A stretch of 64,000 nt of DNA from Scenedesmus sp. PABB004 (taxonomy: Eukaryota). Location of the stretch: contig JABVCE010000023.1 in NCBI GenBank assembly GCA_014905635.1, positions 434,001 to 498,000 on the forward strand. The letters run 5' to 3'. The notes beneath the pieces are model-generated. The model was not told where the DNA came from and ran no database searches. It worked only from the letters and a program-made list of their open reading frames with translations. Below are positions 49,926 through 60,741 of the stretch, piece after piece. Made by a program: the position numbers and the translations under genes. How positions within the stretch are numbered: position 1 is the first letter of the stretch; the number at the start of each line of letters is the position of its first letter.

Positions 49926-50837
49926 TGGGGGCGGCGCGGGGCGACTGCTGCGCGCTCGGGAGGTGGGGTGGTGCGGCAGCGGCGCGGGGCGACTGCGCTG
50001 GGGGGCGGGGGGAGCGGCAGTGGCTCGGGCTGGGCGGCGCGAGCGAGTTTTGGGGGCGCCGCAAGGCGCATGGTAGCCTTTTAGGTAGGAGGGCCTTGTG
50101 CCTCAGGGTTCAACCCGATGAACTCGGCCCACGAGCCGCCCCAAATGCGCGCGACGTGTCGGGCGTTGCGTTCCGATCGCGCGCGAGCTCACAGCGCCGG
50201 CCGCGAGGGCCGGGGGCGCCGGGCGGGCGGCGGGATGGCAGCCATCGCGCGGCATCGGCGATCGCCCGGGAGCCGTGCCGGGCCGCCCTGCGCCCCGGAC
50301 CGCCGCGCTGAACTCTGGCACGGCGCCGCGCGGCGCGGCGGCCCGCGGGGAGGCCGCCTGGACGGCCGCCGCGCTCTGGACGCGCGGCCTGCCGCGTGTG
50401 CTGCGCGCGCCGCCGCCGACTCTTCGCCGGCTGGTCTGGGGCACGAGGAGCCCGTTACCCGTAATAGGAGCGCCAAAAAAGCCGCGCTCGCGGCCCGCCG
50501 CCGCATGCGCACGCGGCCGCTGCAGAGACGGTCCCCCGCTGCCCCCTGTTGCCCCGCCCGCGCCGCGCGCGCGGGTCCGGTGGTGCCTGCCGCCGCGCCC
50601 AAAAACTCCGCACCACGCCACGCAAATCGCCGCCAGCAGCCCCCGGGGCAGGGAGCGCGCGCGCCCCATCTTCATTCAGCTATGAATGAGCTCACGACCG
50701 GCGCGGACGCGCGCGGCGGCACGCGATGGGTGCCGCCGCGCCCCGGCCCGACAGTGCAGTGCAGTGCCGCCGCGCGCCAGCGGACGGGGGCTGGGGCCTG
50801 GCGGCCCGGGCGCCCCCGCCGCAGCGCCCGGGGGCGC

Positions 50838-53800
50838 TCACCAGCGCGAAGAGCTGGCGGCGCCGCGCGCGCTCTGGCGCTGGCTGGCGGCGGCGGCCAT
50901 GCGGCTGCGCATGTCCTCCACGCTGCCGCTGGTGGACTGGCCGATGTTGCCCAGAATCTCGGCCATCTGGCCGCGGCTGAAGTCGGCGAGCGTGAGCACC
51001 TTGGCCAGGCTGCTCACGAGCGAGTCCTTGGTCGCGTTGCGCATGGGGATGCCCTTCTTGCGCGCCAGCTCGGACAGGGTGTCGACCTTGAACACGGCCA
51101 GGTCAGACTCAAACACGGCGCCAGAGCCGCCCGACGCGCCGCCGGCGCTGCTGCCGCCGCTGCGCGAGTAGCTGGCCCAGCGGTCGCCGCTCGCGGCGGC
51201 GGCGGCGGGGGCGGGGCTGGAGGTGCGCCAGCTGCTGGTGCTGGCCGCGGGCGCGGCAGAGTAGCCGCCCTTGCCGACGGCGGAGGCCAGGTTCTTGCGC
51301 AGGCTGTCGACGTCGTTGGCCATCGGCGCGCCCAGCTTGTTGGCCAGCGTCACCAGCATGCCTGCGGCGGGAGGGAGAAGGGCGGCGGGGCAGGCGGGGC
51401 GTCAGCCCATGCCTGCGGCCGTCGCGCAGCGGGCCAGGGCGCGCAGCGCGCCAGAGCGGGGCCCAGCCGGCCGGGCCGACGCACCGCGGGTGAGGTCGTT
51501 CAGCGACGCGCCCTTGGCCACCAGGGCGCTGATGACGCCGTCCTTGGTGGGCTCGCGGGGCAGCGTGGCGCCGGTCTTGGACGCGAGGCTGCGCAGGTCG
51601 TCGATGGGCAGCGCAGCCAGGTCGCCCGCGCTCAGCTTGCTGCCGCTGGCGTTGTGGCTGCCGCTGCGGCGCCAGGAGGCAGACTTGGTCGCGCCCGCAG
51701 AGTAGGAGGCCCAGCGGTCGCCGCCGGCCGGCGCGGCCGCGGCCGGGGTGGAGCGCCAGCTCGCGGGCGGCAACTGGCTGGACGCCGGCGCGGGCGTCGG
51801 CGTCGCGCGCCAGGTGGCCGTGGCGGAGCCGGAGCCGCCGATGAGGGCGGCCAGCTCGGCGCGCGCGGCGTCGATGTCGCGCGAGAGCCCGGCCTTGCCA
51901 AGCTTGGTGCCCAGGTCCACGAGCTGGCCCTTGGTGAGGTCGGCCAGGCTCACGCCCGCCTTCACCAGCGCGGACGTGAGGCTGTCGCGCGTCGCGTTGC
52001 GGCCGGCCGTCACGCCGCGCTTGCCCGCAATCTCCACGAGGTCGGCGATCTTGAACGCCGCCAGGTCGCCCGCGCTGAGCAGGGCGCCGCCGGCGCCGCC
52101 CGCCGCCGCGGCGGGCGCGCTGCCGGCGCTGCTGCCGCGGCCGACGTTGGCCCAGCGGTCGCCGCCGCTGCTCGCGGCGGGCGCCGCGGGCGCGGGCGCG
52201 GGCGCCGAGTAGGACGCGCCGCCGGCCTTGAGCTCGGCGAGCTGGCCCTTGGTGAGGTCGGACGCGGACACGCCGGCCTTGAGCAGCGCGGACGTGAGGC
52301 TGTCGCGCGTCGCGTTGCGGCCGGCCGTCACGCCGCGCTTGCCCGCGATCTCCACGAGGTCAGCGATCTTGAACTTGGCGAGGTCGGACGCCGAGAGCGA
52401 GCCGCCGGCGCCGCCGGCCGCCGGGGCGGGGGCGGGCGCGGCCGCGCCGCGGCCGACGTTGGCCCAGCGGTCGCCGCCGGCCGCGGGCGCGGGCGCGGGC
52501 GCCGGCGCGGGCGCGCGCGGCGCCGGCGCGGGCGGCGCGGGCGCGGGCGTGTCGCGCCAGGTCGCGCGCGGGGGGTCGCGCTTGAGGTTGAGCCCCTTGG
52601 CGCCGGCGTAGGCCTCCGGCACGCTGCTGCCGTCGGTGCCGGCGAGCTCCGCGCCCGCGAGGTACGCGTCTGCGAGCTGCACGCGCTTGACGTTGTCCTG
52701 CTCGCCCACGAGCGCGCGGCCGTAGGTCATGAGCACGTCGGTGGTCATGCGGGGCTTCTCAAACTGCACCTTGCCCTCCTTGCTGTTGATGAGGCGCTTG
52801 TTTAGGTTCTCGTGACCGATCGACGCGACAAACTCGCGCACCTGCGCGGGCGCGGGGGCGCGTCAGCGCGCGAGCGCGTCAGCGCGGGCGCGGCGGCGCG
52901 GGCGCGGCGCGGGCGCGGCGCGGCGGCGAGTGCGGGCGCGGCGCGGTCGCGGCGCGGGCAGCGCTGGGCAGCGCTGGGCGGCGCGCGTCGGCGCGCGCCT
53001 TGTCGTCGTAGACGCGCGCGCGCAGGGCGCCGAAAAAGTCGATGCTCTGCCCCGGGAAGGCGTCGACGAGCATCTCGACGTCGCTGCGCGGCAGGCCGTC
53101 CTCCTGCGCGCGCGGCGCAGCGGCGCGGCGGCGCGGCGGCGCGGCGGCGGGGAGGCGGGGGTCGGCGGCGGCGCGACGCTGCGGCGCGACACTGCGGCGC
53201 GCGGCCGCGCGCCCCGCGCCCGCTGCGCGTGGCCCGCGCGCCGCGCCCCGCCGCGCCGCGCGCGCCTGGAAGATGCCCATGCACACGCCGATGCGGTCCT
53301 CGCGCGTGGGGTGCCAGTAGTACTTGTCCATGCGCCCGTCGCGGATGAGGGGGGCGTAGAGCGTGGAGAAGTCGTTGCCTGGGCGGTTGGGGTGAGGGGG
53401 TGAGGGGGTGAGACGGGGGAGGCAGAGAGGCAGAGGGCGGGGGTGGGCGCACGCGGGCGGCGGCGGCGCGCGCGCGGGTGGCGGCGCACGCGGGGGCCGG
53501 CGCGCGGCGCGCGCGCGGCGGCTCTCCACGCGGCGGCGGCTCCCCCCCCCCCCCTGCGCGGCGCGGCGGCCGAGGCGCACCGGTGCAGATGATGGGCACG
53601 CGGGGGATCTCCTCGTTCTTGTACACGCCCGGGAGCTGCACGTTGGTGGGGTTGTCGGCAATGTTCATCAGCGTCGCGTTGACCATCTGGTTGTTGACCT
53701 GCGGGGGTGAGGCGGAGAGGGCGCGGGCGCGCGCGGGCGCGCGGTGTCAGGTCGGGGCGCGCCGCGCGGCGCCGCCGCGCGCGGCCGGCCGCCGCGCCGC

Positions 53801-55224
53801 GCGCGGGCCGCGGCGTGCTGCCTGCCGCGCCGCACCGTGTACTGGGTTGAGAGGCCGAAGCGCCCCGCGCCGGCGTCGAGGTCGTTGATGAAGAGGGCGG
53901 TCATGCGGCCCTTCTTGATCATGTCGCTCGCCTCGCGGTAGCGCTGGCGCAGCAGCTTGGCGGGCTCGCCCGCGTTGCCCGACTCGAGCTCGCCCGCGCT
54001 CATGACGATGGGCGTGATGCCGAGCTTCTTGAACGCGAGCATGCACTGAAACGTCTTGCCCTGCGCGCGCGGGGCCAAGGCGAGAGAGGAGGGGGGGGGG
54101 GGGGGGGGGTGGAGAGGGGGCGGCCCGTCAGCCGCGGCACATACGCGGCGCCGGCGCCGGCGGCGGCGCGCCCGGCGCGCGCTGCACGCGCCCCGCGCGC
54201 GCTGCACGCGCCCCGCCCCGCGCGCCCCGCGCCGCGGCGCCGACCTGTCCCTTGCCGCCCCAGATGCCGAGGATGAGGGGGACCTTGATCTTGGGGAGGT
54301 TCATAAAGTTCTTGGCGATGTGGATGCTCAGCTTGTCCAGGAAGGCGGGGGAGATGTAGAAGCCGTCCTCAATGTTGCCCAGCGTGCGCTGCGCGGTGCT
54401 GATGTAGTCGGTCGAGCTCAGCACCGCGTTCTGCGTGCCAGCCGTCCCGCCCCAGCCCTGGAACAGCTCGTCCACCATGCCGCGCCCGCGCGCGATGTCT
54501 TGCTGCGCGCACGCGCGCCGGCGGCGGCGGCGGCGGCGGCGGCGCGTGGGCGGCGGCGGCGGCGGCGCGGGCGCGCGGGCGCGGCCGCGCGGCGCCGGCG
54601 TCGCCGCACCTGGTCGTCGGAGGTGTCGTTGCCGGCGTCCATGGCGGCCCAGCGGCCCTTGTGGGACTTGCCGCCGGCGTGCGCGACATTGCTCGAGCGC
54701 GGCGCGGCGGCCTGCGCGGCAGCAGCGGCGGGCGCGCACGCGCGTCGGCGGGCCGCCGATCGCCGCCGATCGCCTCGCGCACGTCCCCGCGCGCCCGGAC
54801 GCCAGAGCCCCGGGCGATCGGGGACTCCAGCCCGCCCTGGCGCGCCCTGAGCGGAGCGGCGCCGGATGCCCGGCCGCTGCCGATGCCCGAGGCCCGGCGA
54901 GCCCGCGACCTGGCCCACACACCCCGCACGCACCTTGGCACGCGCGCCGGGGGCCGCGCCGCTCCTGGCACTGCGGGGCAGCAGCAAGGGCGCGGCGTGA
55001 GGCCCGGCGCGGAATTGCGGCGCCTAGCGCGCCCGGGCGATGCGCGCGCGCGGCGCATTCGTGTCGCCGTCCCTCCCCCCGCACCTGGAGCCCAGGCCGG
55101 CCTGCTTCGCCACCTGCGCGCGCGGGGCGGGGCGGGCGAGTGCGTGGACGGGCGCCGTCGCGCCAATTGGGGCTCACCCCAGCCCCGCCAGCGGTCGCCG
55201 AGCACGCACCAGCTGGGAGGCCAT
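50838..55224 (-). CDS. RCA: Rubisco activase with a ~550-aa C-terminal repeat extension (about 960 aa total)
   Basis: Exons 55224-55210, 55113-55085, 54970-54934, 54711-54610, 54502-54245, 54060-53836, 53698-53581, 53378-53266, 53103-52999, 52841-51485 and 51361-50838. Motifs [75 protein letters not shown] and [19 protein letters not shown]. Confidence 0.95.
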
Positions 55225-56117
55225 CGTGTCGAGCGGCGCGACGGCGCTGCGCGCGGCGCGACGGCCGGGGCGCTGCTGGTCAGGCTCGCGGGCGCGCGGC
55301 CGGGGCTGCGCGGCGGTCCGTGGTGCGGCGGCGAGCGGGGAGGGTGGGGCCCGAGCGCGCGGCGCGGGCTTGCAGCGGGGCGCCGGGCGCCGGCGCGCCC
55401 GAACCTACCTCGGCCGGCCAGGTCTCGCCAAACCCTCATCCGCTGCCGCCGCGCCGCACTCGCGCGCGCACGCACCCAGTCGCCCGGCCTTTTGACGCGC
55501 GCCGCGAGGCCGGCGGGGCGCGCGGCAAGGAGCGGGCGCTAGGAGACGGCGCGCCGCGCCCCTAAAGGCAGCAGGGGCGCTGCCGTGGGGCCCGCCGAGC
55601 CGCGCGCGCGGGCCCCCGAGCTCGCGCTTGTGCTGGCCAGGCCGCCGGGCCGTACGTCCGGCCAGCACGGCGGCGGCGGCGGCCGGGCGCGTCAGTCGCG
55701 CCGCCAGCGCGCGCCACGCCGGCGCAGTCTCGTGGCGGCCGCCTCCACCGCGGCGCGGCGCGCTCGGGCCGCCAAACGTGATGCAACGTACGCGCAGTTT
55801 CCGCACACAGGCGCCGCGTCTTGACCGCACGACGAGGCTGACGTCGCACCGGGCGCAGCTCCGCGCCGCGCCGGCGCTCACACCGCAAACTGCCGCGGCA
55901 CGCCCCGCCGGCGCGTCGTCGTGAACAGATCCTGCGCCGCAGCCGCCGACGCCGCCTGCTGTGCAGCACCTGCAGCCCTGCATCAACTCAACTCGCGCGG
56001 CGTGCACGCGCGCGCCGGTGCCGCGTGGCGCCGCCCGCGCCGCGCAGCCAGGCCCGCCGCACGCGCCCCGCGGCGTGCCCCCTCAGCCCCCTGCCTCGTC
56101 CGCCTGGCGGGCCGCCA

Positions 56118-58055
56118 TCAGGGGGCCGCCTTGCACAGCTCCTCCAGCTGGCGCCACACGTCTGGCGGCGCGCCGGCGGGCGCCTGCGGGGCGGCGGTGG
56201 CGGCGGGCGCCCGCGCGCATGAGGGCAGCTTGGCGCGGGCGGGCCGCTCGCGCCCCGCGGCGCCGCACCTTGCTCCCCAGGTCGACCACTATGCTGGCGG
56301 CTCCCCCGATCTCGCAGATGAAGAGATATGTCAGCGCCGTCAGCGCCGTGAGGTGCAGCGCGCCCGCGGGGGTCAGGCCCTCGCAGCAGTCCTGCACCGC
56401 AAGCTGCCGCAGCTCCGTCAGGCGGGCGAACACGGTCTCCGCCTGGGCGTCGCTAATGCAGATGAGGCTGCCATGCCCGTATGCTGCGTCAGCCGGGTAG
56501 ACCACGCGAGCCAGATTCAGGCGTGTCAGGCGCGTCAGTGCCAGCAGCCCCTGCAGGCTCAGCGCCTCGCGCACGCTCACGTCGCTGCCGTACGCCAGCG
56601 TCAGCTCGCACAGCGCGGGGCACGCTGCGGCCAGGCAGTCCACGTCCGCCTGCGCCCCCGCCAGCTCGTCGTCGTCAAAAAAGCGCGACCCAAACGGAAT
56701 GTGCAGGTGCTGCAGGCGCGAAAACACACGGCCGGCAGGGAAGAGGTGCGCGCCCGTGCCGCGGAGCAGATACAAGTCATAATAGCCAGCGTACTCAAAC
56801 CCGGAGACAAAGCTGAGGCTCGTCAGCCGGCCGCTCAGCGCGGCCAGCGGCGCCCACGCGGCCGCAGGCAGCGGCTGCTCGTCGCCCAAGCGCCAGACGG
56901 TCAACTGCTCAAGCTGCGTGCGCGCGCCCACCGCCGCCAGCAGCGCGCCGCCCTGGGCGCCAAGGCCACACTCCAGGTGCCGCAGGCCCCTGCACGCCGT
57001 CAGCGTCGCCGGCGGCAGCTGCATCCCATCCAGCTCCAGCCACGTGAGGCCGGTCGGCAGCTGCGGCACCTGCACGGAGCCAGCCTGCACGCACAGCCCC
57101 AGCTCCGCCAGCGCAGTGAGAGCGCTCACGGGCGCCAGCGCCGCGCCTGCCGCGCTGCCCCCGCCCAGGGCCAGGCACGTGAGCTGCGTCAGGGCGCCGA
57201 CCGCCACGGCCAGGGCTGCCGTCTGCTCGCTGTTGGCGGCGTCACCATCCAGCTCCAGCTCCAGCCGCCGCAGGCGCGTCAGCGCGCCCAGCGACTCCAC
57301 CGCCGGCAGCGGCAGCCCGCACTCCTCCAGCTCCAGGCTGGTCAGCCGGCCCGCCAGCGGCGCCAGCGTGACACCGCCGAGCGTCACCAGGCCCACGCCC
57401 TGCAGGCGCAGCGCCTCCAGCCGCACCAGCACCTTGCAGGGCAGGGCGAGCGTGGCGCGCACCAGCGCCTCCACCTCCAGGCGCGCCACGTGCCCGCCGC
57501 GGGCACCCAGCCACGCCGCCAGGCTGTCGGCTTGGGGCTGCGTCGCCTCCTTCACAACGATGCTGGTCGTGGCAGCCGCGGCCGCGTCGCGCCAGTCGCT
57601 GCACGCCAGCGCGGCGCGAAGGCGGCCGGCGAGCGGCAGCCGCGCCAGCACGCCCGCCAGCAGCTCGCGCGGCAGGCCGCCCTGCACTTCGTTGCTGTCG
57701 TCCGCCTGCGCGTAGGCGCAAACGGCACAGGGCGCGACACGGCGTGTGAGGCCGGGCGCGCGGCGGCCGCGGCAGGGGCGGGCGCAGCGAGCAGCGCGCG
57801 CCGCCGCCGCTGCCGGGCGCGCGCCGCGCGCCGCGCGTGCCGCGGCGGGCCGCGGCAGCGCCAGGGCGGGCGAGCGGGACCGCGCCGGCCGCGAATCACG
57901 CGCGCCTGGCCCGCTCCCGCCCCGCCACAGCGCGCCAGCAGCCGCCCGCTGCTCGTGCGCGCCGAGCGCCCGCCCCCCGCTGCCCAGGCCGCCCCGCTCA
58001 CCGGCGGCGCGCGGGGCCGGTCGGGCGGCGCCTGGGCGGTGCGGGGGCTCGCCAT
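56118..58055 (-). CDS. F-box/leucine-rich-repeat protein, paralogue 3
   Basis: Exons about 58055-58002, 57705-56269 and 56183-56118. Same F-box-like and LRR sequence; last exon APAGAPPDVWRQLEELCKAAP*. Confidence 0.8.
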
Positions 58056-58523
58056 CGTGGCCGAGCGAGCGGGCGCGGCGGCGGCGGCGGCACGGCGCAG
58101 CGCGGCGCGCTGGGGTGGTCCGCTGCTCGCGGGGCGCGGCCGGCGGGGCTGGTGGTGGTGGTTGCAGAACCGGGCGGCTGGAGGATCGGCCCTGCGCCTC
58201 CGCTGTGCCGCCGCTCCCGGTGCGCCGCAGCGAGCGGCGGCGCGCGAGGGCTTTGCGGCCGGCGCGTGCGCCGCCGGGCTTGCTGGCCCGCCCCCGCGCT
58301 GCCGAGCACACACCTGAGCCAGCCCGCCGGCGCGCCACGCCACCGCACCGCTGTGCGCCCGCCCGCCTAGGCCTGCGGGATCTGCGCGCGCCAGGCCCGA
58401 CGCCCTGCGCCGCCCGCCGCCCCGCGCGCGCGCCCGGAGCGGGCACGGACTTGGCCGGAGGCGGTTCCGGCCGATGCTGGGGCGTTAGGGCCGGATCCCG
58501 GCTCGCAGAGCACACAGGCCGCG

Positions 58524-60174
58524 ATGCCCTACTGGCTCGTGTCGCTGCCCCTGCTCAAGGGCCGGCGCGACCACACGTGGGAGCTGCTGCAGGAGAAGAC
58601 GAGCTATGGCCAGCAGCTCAGCAGCAACGCCAAGCTGGAGGTGCCGGAGCTGCGCGTGGGCACGATAGACACGCTGCTGCAGCACAGCGACGACCTCGCC
58701 AAGGCGGCGGTCGGCGCGGAGGCGATCGTCGCCAAGATCCGGCGCACCGTCGCCGACATCGGCGGCGCGAGCGCGGTCGCGGGGCTCAAGGTGGAGGGCC
58801 TGCCGGTGGAGGGCTTCCTCAGCCGCTTCCGCTGGGACGAGCCCAAGTTCCCGCTGCGCCGCCCGCTCAAGGAGAGCCTGGACAAGATCACAGACATACT
58901 CGCGCGCCTCGAGGACGACCTCAAGGCGCGACACCACCACCCGCGCGCGCGCGCGCCGCACCGCGCCGCGGTCAACCGCGCACGCGGGGCGCGCGGCGCC
59001 GCGCGGCGCCCGACCCGCGCGCCCGCGCCGCGCCGCGCCGCGCCGCGGGCGGCCGCAGGTCAAGGTCGGCGAGTACAACACCGTGAAGAGCCAGATCAGC
59101 GCGGCGCTGCGCAAGGCGGGCGGCAGCCTCGCGGTGCGCGACATCGCGGGCGTCGTCTCGCCGGGCCACGTGGTCGACAGCGAGAACCTCACCACGCTCT
59201 TTGTGGTGGTCGGCAAGTTCGGGCTCAAGGAGTGGGAGGCAAGCTACGAGAGCCTCGCAGACTTTGTGGTGCGCCCCGGCAGCGGCCCCGGCAGCGGCGC
59301 CGACGCCGGCAGCGGCGCGCCGCGCGGCTCGCGGCCGCGCTCCCGCTCGCGCTGCCGCTCGCGCTGCCGCCCACGCCGCGCCGCGCCGCGCCGCGCCGCG
59401 GGGGTGTTTGCTGCTGCGCGGCGCGACAGGTCCCGCGCAGCAGCGTGGTGGTGGCGGAGGACGCCGACTACGCGCTCGTGCGCGTGGTGCTGTTCAGGCG
59501 CGTCGCCGACGACTTCAAGACCGCGGCGCGCGTGCGCGGCTTCCAGGTGCGCGCCCGCCCGGCGGCGGCGCGCGGCGCTGGGCGCTGCGCGCGCGCCGCC
59601 CCACGCTCCCGCCGCTGGTGCGGCGCGCAGGTCAAGGAGTACGTGCCGCCGCCGCCGGAGCAGCCCGACGCGCCGCCGACCGACCTGTCGCTCGCGCAGC
59701 TGCGCGCGGAGGGCGCGGCCAAGCAGGCGGCGCTGGGCAGCTGGTGCGCGGCCGCGTACGGCGAGGCGTTCAGCTGCCTCACGCACATGGCGGTCGTGCG
59801 GCTGTTTGTGGAGAGCATCCTGCGCTACGGCCTGCCGCCCGCGTTTGCCGCGGCCGTGGTGCGCCCGCTGCCAAAGATGGAGGCCCGCCTGCGCGCCGTG
59901 CTGGCCGCCGCGTTTGGCACGGGTGCGCGCGCGCGCCGCGCCGCGCGCCGCGCCCCGCGCGCCGCGCCGCGCGCCGCGCCCCGCGCGCCGCGCGCGCCGG
60001 CCAGCGCCGCGCGCCAGCAGCGGCGCCGTTGCCGCGCGCGCTCTCCCACCCCCGCGCCGCGCGCGGCCGGCGCCAGACGTGGCGTACTGGAAGGACGACG
60101 GCGCGGTGCCGGGGGGCCTGGGCAGCGAGCTGGACGCCTACCCCTACGTCAGCATCACGCTCGCGACCGACTGA
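58524..60174 (+). CDS. VHA-C: V-type H+-ATPase subunit C
   Basis: MPYWLVSLP, PELRVGTIDTLL..SDDL.K, FRWDEPKFP, GSLAVRD, DSENLTTLFVVV, VVPRSS, VRLFVESILRYGLPP and YPYVSI; four introns. Confidence 0.95.
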
Positions 60175-60741
60175 CGCGCGCGGGCCGAGGGGGGGGGGGG
60201 GCAGGGGGCCGGCGGGCAGGGGGGACCGGCGGGCGCGCGCGCGCGCGGCGGCTCGCGAGTGTCGGCGCTGACGCGCGTCGTGGCTCTTGCCCCGCCCGCT
60301 CGCGGCGGGCGCGCTCGGCGGGGGCGCACCGTGTGACGCCGTTGCTGGAACAGCGCGCCGGGTGCCGCCCGCCGCGCGGGCCGCCAGGGCCCCGCAGCCG
60401 GAACCCCAGCAGGCGGGCGCGACCGCGCGAGGCCCCCCGCCCCTGCACTCCCGCCCAGCCGCGCCCTGTGCACACTCGCTCGCCGCCGGCGCGGCGGGGC
60501 CTCCCCTCCTGCCGCCGGGGCACGCCACCACCCCCGCCGCTGCGTCGCCGCCACGCCCAATCCGTCGCCGCGCGCGCCGGCCTGGCGATTCGAGCGGGTC
60601 GACACGCGCCCCCAGACACGGACGCGCCCGCAGGCCGGGCCGAAGACGCCCCTGCGCGCGGCGCACCGCCCCACGCAACGCATCGCCCGCCCGCCCGCGC
60701 GCGTGCGAGGGCCGGCAGCTCGCCCCGCCCCGCCGGGCGGC

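Noticed and set aside
50838..52607. RCA tail as a separate gene or a collapsed copy of the neighbour
   Set aside because: No stop, start or evident splice site at the junction, and its first modules and linkers differ from the free gene. Kept as a fusion, pending read confirmation.
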